Below are positions 9,279-18,911 of a stretch of DNA of 64,000 nt, piece after piece. Position numbers and translations under genes: made by a program. Position 1 is the stretch's first letter. Every line of letters starts with the position of its first letter. Under the pieces are notes generated by a model. That model ran no database searches and was not told where the DNA came from. It worked only from the letters and a program-made list of their open reading frames with translations. The DNA comes from Deltaproteobacteria bacterium (lineage in GTDB: Bacteria; Myxococcota; Kuafuiibacteriia; Kuafuiibacteriales; Kuafuiibacteriaceae). The DNA lies in NCBI GenBank assembly GCA_011526105.1, contig WYAZ01000135.1, positions 83,190 through 147,189 on the forward strand, read 5' to 3'.

Positions 9279-9447
9279 GTTCTGGTCCCTCCCGACGGAG
9301 CTCCAATCTAGGGAGCTCTCGTACAGGGGCCGACATTTGCTCGATCGGCTAGAGCATCGTCAACCGAAGCTTGAGCTTCCGTTCTCGGCGTTCGAGCCGG
9401 CGGTCCAAGGAGGACTAAATCCGGTGTGATCACAGGCTATTGAACGA

Positions 9448-10131
9448 TTAAGTCCCCGTCGGGTCGAGAGGCTGCCGCTTGGGGGCGCCGAGGAGCTCGA
9501 GATTCCGGCCGCCGCGGCCCGCCACGGACGCTTCCACCATCGCTCGGTAGAGGGCTCGGAGTTGCTCGGCGTTCTCTCGCTCACCAAAGTGCACAAGACA
9601 TGCGGCCATCGCTTCGATGGTCGACAACCTCGTTGGGTCGACGCTTCGGCGAAGGGTGTGCGGCGCCCGCTGCACGTCCTCGAGCGAGAGGGGGTAGAGG
9701 CTTGGCGCTCGTGCGAGACGCCGCGCGAGCCGACCCGCCTGGCGCCAGTTCCCATCCGGCAGCACCACTCGGATGAATGACGACTCGGCATCATCGAGCG
9801 CGGAGGATCGACTTCGCGTGCGCGTGGGGTAGAGCAGGTGTGCGTTCACGGGAAGCTGCGACAGCTGAAGCGGCAACACATCGCGAAGGCCATAGTCGAG
9901 GATCTCGGTCCCGGGCAGGGCCAGCGCAGCGATGCGCGCGGTGTTGGTGCTTCGCCAGCGTTCTTTGGCGTGACGCAGCACGAGAAAGCGTACGCGGCTC
10001 TGGATCTGCGGGACCTGCGCGCAGATGCAGTGGGCGTCGAGTTGCCAGCAGCGCGGGCAGCGGCCCTCGAGATCCGACGGCGTCTTCGACCGCTGACTCA
10101 CGGGTGGACGGTAGCACGAACCGCGTGGCAT
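9448..10131 (-). CDS. DTW-domain protein (tRNA-uridine aminocarboxypropyltransferase family)
   Basis: Start refined to ATG at 10131 (MPRGSCYRPP…). It has a Cys cluster CPRCWQLDAHCIC near the N-terminus and a DGNW (DTW-variant) motif (RVVLPDGNWRQAGRLARR). The longer ORF-track version would overlap the SDR gene. Confidence 0.65.
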   Translation of the reverse strand: MPRGSCYRPPVSQRSKTPSDLEGRCPRCWQLDAHCICAQVPQIQSRVRFLVLRHAKERWRSTNTARIAALALPGTEILDYGLRDVLPLQLSQLPVNAHLLYPTRTRSRSSALDDAESSFIRVVLPDGNWRQAGRLARRLARAPSLYPLSLEDVQRAPHTLRRSVDPTRLSTIEAMAACLVHFGERENAEQLRALYRAMVEASVAGRGGRNLELLGAPKRQPLDPTGT

Positions 10132-10141
10132 AGAGCGACCG

Positions 10142-10966
10142 GTGACCGTCAGCCTGCACAACAAGACCATCTTCATCACCGGCTCGAGCCGCGGCATCGG
10201 CCTGGCCATGGGCCTGCGCTTTGCTCGCGCGGGCGCCAACGTGGTGATCACCGGCAAGACCACCGAGCCGCATGCCAAGCTCCCCGGCACGATCTTCACG
10301 GCGGCGGCGGAGATCGACAAAGCGGGTGGACGAGGCTTGGCCGTGAACATGGACGTGCGGAACGACGACGAGGTGAAGGCCGCGGTCGAGAAGGCGGTGT
10401 CCACCTTCGGCGGCATCGACGTGCTCGTGAACAACGCGAGCGCCATCTCCCTCACGGACACCCTCGGTACCTCGATGAAGCGCTACGACCTCATGCATCA
10501 GGTCAACGTACGGGGCACGTACCTGGTCTCGCAGGCCTGCTTGCCGCACCTATTGAAGGCTTCGAATCCGCACATCCTCAACAACTCTCCGCCGCTCAAC
10601 ATGGAGGCGAGGTGGTTCCAGAACCACGTCGCGTACACCATGACCAAGTACGGCATGAGCATGTGTGTGCTCGGTATGGCGGAGGAGTTCAGGGAGCGCG
10701 GCGTCGCGGTCAACGCGCTCTGGCCCAAGACCACGATCGCCACCGCCGCGATTGAGCACGTCGTCGGGGGCGAGGAGATGATGCGTTGCTCTCGCAAGCC
10801 CGAGATCGTGGCGGACGCCGCGTACCACATCATCACCAAGCCCAGCCGCGAGACGACCGGGCACTTCTTTCTGGACGAGGACGTCCTTCGCCGCGAGGGG
10901 GTCACCGACTTCTCGGGGTATGCCGTGGATCCGTCGCGGGACCTGTTTCCAGACTTCTTCATCTGA
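10142..10966 (+). CDS. SDR-family oxidoreductase (HSDL2-like short-chain dehydrogenase)
   Basis: Rossmann motif TGSSRGIGLAMG at the N-terminus, NNAS, and a catalytic YxxxK (YTMTKYG). Confidence 0.85.
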   Translation: MTVSLHNKTIFITGSSRGIGLAMGLRFARAGANVVITGKTTEPHAKLPGTIFTAAAEIDKAGGRGLAVNMDVRNDDEVKAAVEKAVSTFGGIDVLVNNASAISLTDTLGTSMKRYDLMHQVNVRGTYLVSQACLPHLLKASNPHILNNSPPLNMEARWFQNHVAYTMTKYGMSMCVLGMAEEFRERGVAVNALWPKTTIATAAIEHVVGGEEMMRCSRKPEIVADAAYHIITKPSRETTGHFFLDEDVLRREGVTDFSGYAVDPSRDLFPDFFI

Positions 10967-10984
10967 GCTTTCCCCCTGACGTGG

Positions 10985-11857
10985 ATGTCAGAGTTCGGCC
11001 TCCCGGGTCCCCGCGCTGAACCCCAGAAATATCCGGCGCGTCTCGTGCATTGGATCGGCGAGACCGTGGATCTGCGTAGCCCCATATCGGTGCCCCCGCC
11101 CTGGGTTCGACCCACTCAGGGATTCCTGCTCGGCTTGCTCCCCGCTCTGGGCTGGCTCGGGCTCGATCTCGTCCGAGGTGGCTCACCGGCCTCCGCCCTT
11201 CGCCAAGAATGGGACGTGCTGGTGTACCTGTTCGCTGTCGGTACCGCGCTGCTGTCGCTCTTTGGGGCGGCGGTGGGTCGGCTCGAACGACGCTGGCGGG
11301 CCGAGAGCCTGCGGCTGTCCGATCTGGCCCTCACCGATCCGATGACCGGTCTCAGGAACCGGCGCTACTTTCAGGCGCGATTCGAAGAGGCTCATCGCCT
11401 CGCGCGTCGGGAGCGCGAGCCTCTTTCGCTCGCGATCATCGATCTGGATCGCTTCAAGGAGGTCAACGACCACCATGGTCATTTGGCTGGAGACCAGGTT
11501 CTACGTGCAGTGGCGGCGGCGCTTCGGCGCGTCGTGCGCTCTGGAGAGACACTCGCTCGGGTGGGTGGCGAGGAGTTCGCGTTGCTCCTGCCCCGCACCG
11601 ATGAGTCCGAGGCTGAGCGGGTCGCGGAGCGCGTTCGTGCCGCGATCGAGAGCGCGAGCGTGCGCGTGCCAGGCTTGGGGCAGCCTCTGTCGGTCACCGC
11701 CTCCGTGGGGGTCGCCTCGAGCACGGGGCTTCAGAACGGGGATGGACGAGCCGCTCTATATCGGGCGGCAGACCAGGCTCTGCACGTGGCCAAGGCACAC
11801 GGTCGAAACCGGGTCGAAGTGACGGGACCGTTACCCTTTGTGCACGCCTGCGCCTGA
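10985..11857 (+). CDS. GGDEF-domain diguanylate cyclase with N-terminal membrane segment
   Basis: TGLRNRRYF, DLDRFKEVND, RVGGEEFALLLP (GGEEF active-site variant). Two N-terminal hydrophobic helices. Confidence 0.85.
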   Translation: MSEFGLPGPRAEPQKYPARLVHWIGETVDLRSPISVPPPWVRPTQGFLLGLLPALGWLGLDLVRGGSPASALRQEWDVLVYLFAVGTALLSLFGAAVGRLERRWRAESLRLSDLALTDPMTGLRNRRYFQARFEEAHRLARREREPLSLAIIDLDRFKEVNDHHGHLAGDQVLRAVAAALRRVVRSGETLARVGGEEFALLLPRTDESEAERVAERVRAAIESASVRVPGLGQPLSVTASVGVASSTGLQNGDGRAALYRAADQALHVAKAHGRNRVEVTGPLPFVHACA

Positions 11858-11913
11858 GTAGAGCTCATCTCAAAACCCCAAAAAACCTCTTTACGTGGAC
11901 CTCGTGCCCGAAG

Positions 11914-12810
11914 ATGGTCCCCTGCATGCTGGGCATCAACCTCTCGGGCAAGAACGCCTTCCTCACCGGGGTCGCCGACGATGGTGGCTTCGCCTGGGAC
12001 ATCGCCAAGACGCTGCAGGCCGCCGGGGCGAAGGTGTATCTCGCCAGCCATCCACGTACCGTCTCCATCGTCGAGCGTCTGCTCCGGCGTCCGCAGTCGG
12101 CGGAGTCCAGGCAGCTGCCGTATGGGGTCCAAGGCGAGCTCGCGCCGGCCGCGTTGTTTGGTTGCGACGTCGCCTACGATACTGCGGCCGAGATGCCGGA
12201 GGAGGTGAAGAGCCAAAAGGGCTACCGCGAAGAAGACGTCAGCATCCAGGGCGCCTTCGAGAAGTATCGTGCGCTCTCGGGCGGGGCGCCGGTCGACATC
12301 CTCGTTCACTCAGTCGCGTTTTCGCCCGAGATCCAGAAGAACCACCTCGAGACCAGCCGCGCCGCCTATCTCATGGCGCAGTCCATCAGCGCTTACAGCC
12401 TGGTCGCGCTGACGCGGGCCGCGCTGCCTTTCATGAAGGGTCGAGATGCCTCGGTGGTGGGGCTCACCTATTTGGCCTCCGAGCGCGTCGTGCCTGGCTA
12501 CGGCGGCGGCATGGCCTCGGCCAAGGCCGCATTGGAGTGTGATGCGCGCGCCTTGGCCTACTTTGCCGGTCGCGAAGCGGGGGCCCGCGTGAACCTCATC
12601 AGCGCCGGTCCTTACCCCTCGCGGGCCGCTCGCTCCATCGGTGATATCCAGGTCATGGTGGATCATGTGAAGGAACGCAGCGCCCTTCCACGGGCCATCA
12701 CCTCGCAGGAGGTCGCGGACACCGCGGCTTTTCTGCTCTCGCCCCTCGCTTCCGGCATTACCGGAGACGTCTTGTACGTGGACTGCGGCTACCACGTCAT
12801 GGCGCCTTGA
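11914..12810 (+). CDS. fabI: enoyl-[acyl-carrier-protein] reductase, FabI family (long form)
   Basis: N-terminal GKNAFLTGVADDGGFAWDIAK matches the FabI dinucleotide-binding region. It also has LVHSVAFSP and a Tyr/Lys catalytic region (YGGGMASAKAALE). The start could be 11914 or 11926. Confidence 0.75.
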   Translation: MVPCMLGINLSGKNAFLTGVADDGGFAWDIAKTLQAAGAKVYLASHPRTVSIVERLLRRPQSAESRQLPYGVQGELAPAALFGCDVAYDTAAEMPEEVKSQKGYREEDVSIQGAFEKYRALSGGAPVDILVHSVAFSPEIQKNHLETSRAAYLMAQSISAYSLVALTRAALPFMKGRDASVVGLTYLASERVVPGYGGGMASAKAALECDARALAYFAGREAGARVNLISAGPYPSRAARSIGDIQVMVDHVKERSALPRAITSQEVADTAAFLLSPLASGITGDVLYVDCGYHVMAP

Positions 12811-12857
12811 CCTGCGTCTACGCCTCTGGCCAATACCACCGCGATGAGGAGAACCGC

Positions 12858-13781
12858 ATGATTCGGGCAGACGGACTCACGAAGTTCTACGGCAGTCGCT
12901 GCGTCATCAAGGATCTCAGCTTCTCCATCGAGGATCGCGAGATCGTCGGATTCCTCGGGCTGAACGGCGCCGGCAAGACCACCGCCCTACGCATGCTCGC
13001 TGGCCTGCTGCAGCCCTCTTCGGGGCGCCTGCAGCTCGACGGTCAGGATGTACTCGCCGATCCAAAGTCCATCGGGTGGCGCATCGGCTTTCTGCCCGAG
13101 CGCCCGCCGGTCTACGAGGAGATGACCGTCAGCGATTACCTCGTCTTCGCGGCCGAGCTCCGCGGTTATCCCAAAGAGAAGAGCGCGCGCCGAGTGTCTG
13201 AGGTCATCGAGCGCACGGAGCTCGCCGAGTACCAAGACGAGCCCATCCTTCATCTCTCTCACGGGTTCAGGCAGCGCGTGGGTATCGCGCAGGCCATCGT
13301 GCACGAGCCCGACCTGGTTATCCTCGACGAGCCCATCAACGGCCTCGACCCCAAGCAGATCATCGAGATGCGCGGGCTCATCCGGAGCCTCGGAGATGAG
13401 CACATCATTCTGATCTCGTCGCACATCCTCCCGGAGATCTCCCAGACCTGCGACCGCCTCCTCGTGCTCTCGCGGGGTGAGCTGGTGGCCCAGGGCACCG
13501 AGAGCGAGCTCCGCGGCCAGTTCGGCGGCGGCAGTCGTCTCCGCGTCACGCTCGTGGGCACCCCAGAAGACATCGCCCCGGTGCTCGAGCGCTGTCCTCT
13601 GCTCGCGTCCTTCGAGACCGTGGCTCGAGCTGGCGATGCCACCGAGATCCGGGTCGAGCTCAAGGAGCAGCGTCCGGAGGCGCTCTCGCGTTTCGTCATC
13701 GAAGCCGGCCTCGGCCTTCGGCGCATCGAGCCGGAGAAGAGCGAGCTCGAAACCATGTTCATCCAACTGACTCGGGGTTGA
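12858..13781 (+). CDS. ABC transporter ATP-binding protein (GldA-like)
   Basis: Start refined to ATG 12858, preceded by GAGGAG. Walker A GLNGAGKTT, signature LSHGFRQR, Walker B LVILDEP. Confidence 0.85.
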   Translation: MIRADGLTKFYGSRCVIKDLSFSIEDREIVGFLGLNGAGKTTALRMLAGLLQPSSGRLQLDGQDVLADPKSIGWRIGFLPERPPVYEEMTVSDYLVFAAELRGYPKEKSARRVSEVIERTELAEYQDEPILHLSHGFRQRVGIAQAIVHEPDLVILDEPINGLDPKQIIEMRGLIRSLGDEHIILISSHILPEISQTCDRLLVLSRGELVAQGTESELRGQFGGGSRLRVTLVGTPEDIAPVLERCPLLASFETVARAGDATEIRVELKEQRPEALSRFVIEAGLGLRRIEPEKSELETMFIQLTRG

Positions 13782-13784
13782 GCC

Positions 13785-14555
13785 ATGACCACTGACCAAG
13801 CAAGAAAATACTCGAGACCCAGCGCGTTCTCCGGGATCTCGCTCATCGTGAAGCGGGAGCTGCTCTCGTACTTCGGAACGCGCTCCGGCTACGTGGTGGC
13901 CTCGGTGACGCTGCTCATCGCAGGCCTCTCCTTCAACACGCGCGCGGTGGGCAGCAGCGCTCGCTACTCGAGGGACGTGCTCTCCACGTTTCTGTATGAC
14001 ACCAGCGGCATCGTGATGGCGGCCGCGATTCTGATCTCGCTCCGGCTCATCGCTGAGGAGCGAAAGACTGGCACCATCCACCTGCTCATGAACTCGGCCC
14101 TCTCCGAGGGGCAGATCGTGCTCGCCAAGTTCCTGTCTGCGTACTTCTTTCTGGTGATTCTGATTCTGCTCACCGCGTACATGCCGGCGCTGATCTTTCT
14201 GCGCGGCCGTGTGTCGCTGGGGCACATCTTCACCGGCTATCTCGGGCTCCTCTTGCTCGGCGCGGCGGTGGTCGCCATCGGCACCTTTGCGTCTTCGCTC
14301 AGCCGCTCCCAGGTCATCGCAGCGGTGTTCACCACCGTGATCACTGCGCTGCTCGTGCTCATGTGGGTCCTCGCGAAGGTCGTCGACCCGCCGCTCAAGG
14401 AGGTGGTCACGAACATGGCTTTGCACAACATCCACTTCCGGACCTTTCAGCAAGGCACGCTCAGCCTGCGCGACGTGGCCTACTACCTGTCGATCACCGG
14501 GGTGTTCTTGTACATGGCTCGAAACGCAGTGGAGGCCCGACGATGGACGCTGTGA
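13785..14555 (+). CDS. ABC-2 family permease (GldF-like)
   Basis: 256 aa, 6 predicted TM helices, 3 nt downstream of the ATPase gene. Confidence 0.75.
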   Translation: MTTDQARKYSRPSAFSGISLIVKRELLSYFGTRSGYVVASVTLLIAGLSFNTRAVGSSARYSRDVLSTFLYDTSGIVMAAAILISLRLIAEERKTGTIHLLMNSALSEGQIVLAKFLSAYFFLVILILLTAYMPALIFLRGRVSLGHIFTGYLGLLLLGAAVVAIGTFASSLSRSQVIAAVFTTVITALLVLMWVLAKVVDPPLKEVVTNMALHNIHFRTFQQGTLSLRDVAYYLSITGVFLYMARNAVEARRWTL

Positions 14556-16363
14556 ACGCTGGGCACCGAAAGTGGCCGAGTTACTCGGTCTTCGTGGGCC
14601 TCATCCTGCTGTACGCCGGTGAGCGCATCGTCGTCGGTGCGGACTCGGTTCGGTATCTCTTCTCGGGTCTCGGGTTCCTCACCATCCTCGGCAGCGCGGT
14701 CTTTCGCGTCACCGAGATGGGTAAGGTGGGCGCGGACCGCAAGCCCATGCTCACGCTCTTCACAGGGGCGACCTTCGGGGTCATGGCCGCGGTGGTCCTG
14801 TATGGCGCCACCACCTTCTCCGAGGCGGGCGAGGGCCAGAACGTGCTGCGGGTGGCCATTCATGTGGCGTGGCTCCTCTTGCTCGCGGTCTCCTTGGGCG
14901 GGCTGGTCGCGCTCGAGATCGCGGTGTTCCCGGTGGCCGGCATCGACCGATACGAAGACCGCAAGCTCCGTCGCTTCTTCGAGCGCGGCGTGGGCACCGG
15001 CCTGCTCGTCGCCTCGGCGGTGGTCTTCAACTACATCACCACGCGCGAAGACAAGAAGATCGACTTCTCCTTTGGGCGCGAGGCCGTCGCCACCGACCAG
15101 ACCAAGGGCCTCATCAAAGAGATCTCCAAGCCGGTGCGAGTGGTCCTCTTCTTCCCTACGGACAGCGAAGTGGGGGATGCGGTCGATCAGTACATCCGAA
15201 GCCTCGATGGCCTCTCGTCCCAGCTCACCATCGAACGCACAGACCAGGCCTTGGCCGGCAAGCTCGCCAGCGAGACCGGCGTGTCCGAGAACGGATTCAT
15301 CGCGGTCTCACACGACAAGACCCACGAGAAGATCAAGGTCGGCACCGAGTGGGACGCCTCGCGCTCTCGCATGAAGAAGCTCGACTCCGACTTCGCCAAG
15401 GCTGTCGTCAAGGTGACGCAGTCCTCCAAGGTGGCCTACTTCACGGTGGGGCACAAAGAGCGAGCCACGGACCCCGCGAGCGACGACAGCCGTCCTCCGC
15501 TCAGGCAGCTCAAGAAGATCCTCGCGAACAACCAGTACGAGGTGAAGAGCCTGGGGCTGGGCGACGGACTCGGGCAGGAGCTGCCCAAAGATCACGCCAT
15601 CATCTTCATCATGGGCCCCGAAAAGCCCTTCTTGCCGGAGGAGATCGCCACCCTGAAGGCAGGTCTCGAGCGAGGGGCGCGACTTCTCATCGCGCTCGAG
15701 GGTGAGGGTGAAGGAGACAGCATGCCCGAGCTTCTGAGTGCGCTGGGCCTCTCCTTCGACAAGACCATCCTCGCGAACGAGAAGGCCCACGTTCGCGTGA
15801 CGCGGACCCCGGCGGATGCGGCGTACATCGTTTCGAACAAGTACTCCTCTCACAAGTCCGTCACCACGCTCACGCGGAACTCGAACCAGCTCTTCACCGC
15901 CTTCGGCAAGTCGGGGTCCATCGAGAAGCTCGAGAACGAGCCGCCGGGTGTTCACGCGGAGGTCGTCATCAGCGCGATGCCGGGAACCTTCGCCGACCAA
16001 GACGGCGACTACATCTTCGACAAAGCCACGGAGGCGCAAAAGACCTTCGGGCTGGCCGCGGTCGTCACGCGGACGGCTACAGCAGGTGCCGATCGCGAGG
16101 GACGAGCGTTTGTCGTCTCGGACGCCGACGTCTTCACCGACGACTTCCTGCGAAACGAGGGCAACGCGCTGCTCCTCGCCGACATCGCCTACTGGCTCGC
16201 GGACGTGAAAGAGCCGGTGATCCCCAAGGTCACCGAGGAAGACGTGCGTATTCAGCACCGCAAGGAAGACGACGTGGCGTGGTTCTACTCCACCACGCTG
16301 GGTGTACCGGCGCTGGTCCTGGCCCTCGGATTTTTTGTCGCCGGACGGAGGCGTAAGCGATGA
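14543..16363 (+). CDS. GldG-like ABC-transporter auxiliary component (N- and C-terminal TM anchors, large periplasmic domain)
   Basis: Start refined to ATG 14543, preceded by GGAGG and overlapping the permease stop by 13 nt. The protein has N-terminal helices, a ~500-aa soluble region, and a C-terminal helix plus basic tail (ALVLALGFFVAGRRRKR), matching GldG topology. Confidence 0.65.
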   Translation: MDAVNAGHRKWPSYSVFVGLILLYAGERIVVGADSVRYLFSGLGFLTILGSAVFRVTEMGKVGADRKPMLTLFTGATFGVMAAVVLYGATTFSEAGEGQNVLRVAIHVAWLLLLAVSLGGLVALEIAVFPVAGIDRYEDRKLRRFFERGVGTGLLVASAVVFNYITTREDKKIDFSFGREAVATDQTKGLIKEISKPVRVVLFFPTDSEVGDAVDQYIRSLDGLSSQLTIERTDQALAGKLASETGVSENGFIAVSHDKTHEKIKVGTEWDASRSRMKKLDSDFAKAVVKVTQSSKVAYFTVGHKERATDPASDDSRPPLRQLKKILANNQYEVKSLGLGDGLGQELPKDHAIIFIMGPEKPFLPEEIATLKAGLERGARLLIALEGEGEGDSMPELLSALGLSFDKTILANEKAHVRVTRTPADAAYIVSNKYSSHKSVTTLTRNSNQLFTAFGKSGSIEKLENEPPGVHAEVVISAMPGTFADQDGDYIFDKATEAQKTFGLAAVVTRTATAGADREGRAFVVSDADVFTDDFLRNEGNALLLADIAYWLADVKEPVIPKVTEEDVRIQHRKEDDVAWFYSTTLGVPALVLALGFFVAGRRRKR

Positions 16364-17319
16364 AAGAGAACCACCTGCTCCTGACGGTCCTCGTCGTTCT
16401 GCTCGGGACCGCCTACTGGTCTTGGACCAAGGAAGAGAAGAAGGTCACCACCGAGAAGGTGGTGATGGTCTCCGGTCAACCGGCGGACATCGAGCTCATT
16501 CGCTTCACCACCAAGACCCAAACCGTCTCGGTGTCGCGCCGTGACCTGAAGGGTGAGGCTTACGTCTGGTTCGAGATCGCCTCCAAGACCCGAACCCGCG
16601 GCTTCGTCGGCAACGACAAGGTCGATGATCTCTTGAAGTCCTTCGCGCCCTTCAGCGCGCTTCGCAGCCTCGGCCCGGTCGAGGCCGAGAAGCTCGAGGC
16701 CATCAAGCTGAAGAAGCCCGAGAAGAAGCTCACCTTGAAGATCAAGGGGGCGGAGAAGGTCTTTCAGATCGGCGATCGCACTTACGGCTCGCGCGACCAC
16801 TACGTAAAGCCGACCGCCGGCAAAGAGGTCTATCTGGTCGAGTCGAAGGTGCTCGGAGATCTCGAGTATCCCGAGAGTCGCTTCATGCAGCGAAACCTCC
16901 GCAAGGCCGACATGCAGGAGGTCAACGCGCTCGAGGTCACCGCCGGCGGCAAGACCCGTCGCTTTCTCCACCAGAACCGGCTCGCCAAAGCAGAGGCCTA
17001 CTGGGCGACGGACACCAGCCCCGAGCAGCAGAACGAGACGGTGGGCAACTGGGTGAGCAAGCTCGACACGCTCTCGGTGCGCACCTATCCCGAGGACGCC
17101 GACGTGCTCAAAGACGCGACGCTCGTGCTCGAGCTCGCCTGGATCGACCCCGGCGACAAGAAGGCCGAGACCATGGCGCTCTATCGGAAGAAGGCCGAGA
17201 AGGGCGACGCCCAGGACTACTTCGCGGTCGGGACCGCGACCAAGCTCCCGGTCGAGGTCACGCGTTCGGTCGCTGAGCAGCTCGAGCGCGACCTCGCAGT
17301 CCTTTACTCCGAGAAGTAG
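16360..17319 (+). CDS. DUF4340-like protein with N-terminal membrane anchor, co-transcribed with the Gld-like transporter
   Basis: ATGA start/stop overlap with the upstream gene. N-terminal helix LLLTVLVVLLGTAYW followed by a K/E-rich soluble domain. The position after a GldG-like gene is typical for DUF4340. Confidence 0.6.
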   Translation: MKENHLLLTVLVVLLGTAYWSWTKEEKKVTTEKVVMVSGQPADIELIRFTTKTQTVSVSRRDLKGEAYVWFEIASKTRTRGFVGNDKVDDLLKSFAPFSALRSLGPVEAEKLEAIKLKKPEKKLTLKIKGAEKVFQIGDRTYGSRDHYVKPTAGKEVYLVESKVLGDLEYPESRFMQRNLRKADMQEVNALEVTAGGKTRRFLHQNRLAKAEAYWATDTSPEQQNETVGNWVSKLDTLSVRTYPEDADVLKDATLVLELAWIDPGDKKAETMALYRKKAEKGDAQDYFAVGTATKLPVEVTRSVAEQLERDLAVLYSEK

Positions 17320-17422
17320 GGGTAGACCCTCTGTTTTACATCCTCCCGTCGTCGGAGTTGCGTGAAAGTGCCCCGCCGCCTGACCGAGCGCGCACTTAGG
17401 CCGCCTCCCGTAGACTGAATTC

Positions 17423-18274
17423 GTGCTCATCGAGACCTTTGGCGCGCTTGTCCTCTCCGCCACCCCGGCGATGAGCTTCGAGCAGCCCCCCGCCTCCACC
17501 GTGCTGGCCCTGGTGAGCCCCCGCGGCGAAGCACGACCCTTGCGACTCAATCTCCCGTCGATCGTCGAGACGGTCCGACTCGAATCCAATCGTCGCCTCC
17601 TTCTTTCTGCACGGCCCGCCGTACCCGCGAGCCTCGACCTCGCCGGCGAGCGCATCGCGGCGCAGGTTTCTCTCAGCGCGGCCTTGGGCAGCACGATCGA
17701 AGGTGGTCGTGTTCGCACCAGCCGCAGCTTCACCATCACCGCAGACGGGCTCGAACTCGTCTTGCTCGCGGACGTCGTGCTCGCACCCAACCCGGCTTCG
17801 CTCGGGGCGGGCGAGATGCTCGTCGAGAAGCTCGCCATCGTCTCTGTGTCCAAAGCCACCGGCCGCGTCGCTGACTTCGAGCTCGCGCGCCACGCTTTTC
17901 TCGCGCACCCGAAGGTGCCGATGCGTTGGACGCCTCCGGGTTCGGTCGCCAAGTGGAAGGCCGAGACCCGTGAAGGCTGGCTGGTGCTGGGCGCTGGTCT
18001 CTATCCCGAGGTCTTCGTGGACGGCCAAGAGGTCACCATCTCGATGGCCGAAGGCGAGAACGCGAAGCGCTGGCGCCTTCGGGTGGAAAACGGCGCGTGG
18101 ACGGACGGCGAGCGCGTCATCGAATGGACCGAAGAGCCAGGCCGATGGATTGGGCGCGTGCGCGGCTTCGACACTCACCCTCTGGACTCGATGCGGCTCG
18201 GTGACGCGAGCAGTCCGATGTCCGTGGACTTCGTCTCGTCGCTTGTCCCGGTCGGTGAGCGCGCGGGCCTCTGA
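17423..18274 (+). CDS. hypothetical protein
   Basis: 283-aa ORF with native codon bias and no recognised motif. Confidence 0.45.
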   Translation: MLIETFGALVLSATPAMSFEQPPASTVLALVSPRGEARPLRLNLPSIVETVRLESNRRLLLSARPAVPASLDLAGERIAAQVSLSAALGSTIEGGRVRTSRSFTITADGLELVLLADVVLAPNPASLGAGEMLVEKLAIVSVSKATGRVADFELARHAFLAHPKVPMRWTPPGSVAKWKAETREGWLVLGAGLYPEVFVDGQEVTISMAEGENAKRWRLRVENGAWTDGERVIEWTEEPGRWIGRVRGFDTHPLDSMRLGDASSPMSVDFVSSLVPVGERAGL

Positions 18275-18275
18275 G

Positions 18276-18887
18276 TCAGGCTCGAGCGCGAGGCTGCACG
18301 ATGCGCCGAATCGTTTCGAGCAGGCGACGCACCTCGGTCTTCATCTCGAGCGCTTGAGCCCACTGGCCGTGCGACAAGCCAGAGTTGAGCGCGAGTTCCT
18401 TGGTGAGCTGATCGAGGATTCCCTGGAGCTGATCGAGCCGGTCCATGGCGGGTTGCGGATCGCCCTTTGGCGGCGGTCGCACGCCGCTCTCCCCTCGGCT
18501 GCGGCTCTGTCCCTCGCGGACCAGGTCCATGATGACCCCCAGGTCGACCTCGTCGTCTCCTTGAGTATCGTCCGGTTCCTCGATCAAGATGTCCTGGGAT
18601 TCTTGACGGGTCTCATCCCCTCCGTTTGCTACTCGTCTTTCCTCGTAAGCCAGCTTGATGAACAGCGTCCTCACTCCGTTGGCGGTGAGGAACGCGAGGT
18701 TCGGGGCTTCGGTTCGGATGAGGCCGCGGTGCGCCAAGTCGTCGAGCAGATCCGGGAGATCGGTCACGCCGGCGGCGCTGGCGAGCGCGGGGGTCACGGG
18801 TACCGGTGACTTCGTATCTCCGCTCGTGAAACCGTAGAGCTCCTGAAGCAGGAGCAGCGCGGGGTCGGCCATCGCGAGCAAATACAC
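18276..18887 (-). CDS. hypothetical acidic protein
   Basis: 203-aa ORF with a D/E-rich central segment. The start could alternatively be the second Met (MADPALLL). Confidence 0.4.
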   Translation of the reverse strand: MYLLAMADPALLLLQELYGFTSGDTKSPVPVTPALASAAGVTDLPDLLDDLAHRGLIRTEAPNLAFLTANGVRTLFIKLAYEERRVANGGDETRQESQDILIEEPDDTQGDDEVDLGVIMDLVREGQSRSRGESGVRPPPKGDPQPAMDRLDQLQGILDQLTKELALNSGLSHGQWAQALEMKTEVRRLLETIRRIVQPRARA

Positions 18888-18911
18888 CGGCGGGGGCTCT
18901 GCGTACAGACC

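Noticed and set aside
12987-14453. 488-aa minus-strand ORF across the ABC ATPase/permease genes
   Set aside because: R/E/H-rich shadow frame. The plus-strand genes carry Walker motifs and TM helices.
16285-17952. 555-aa minus-strand ORF antisense to the DUF4340 gene
   Set aside because: Low-complexity R/G/A/L-rich shadow ORF with no motifs.
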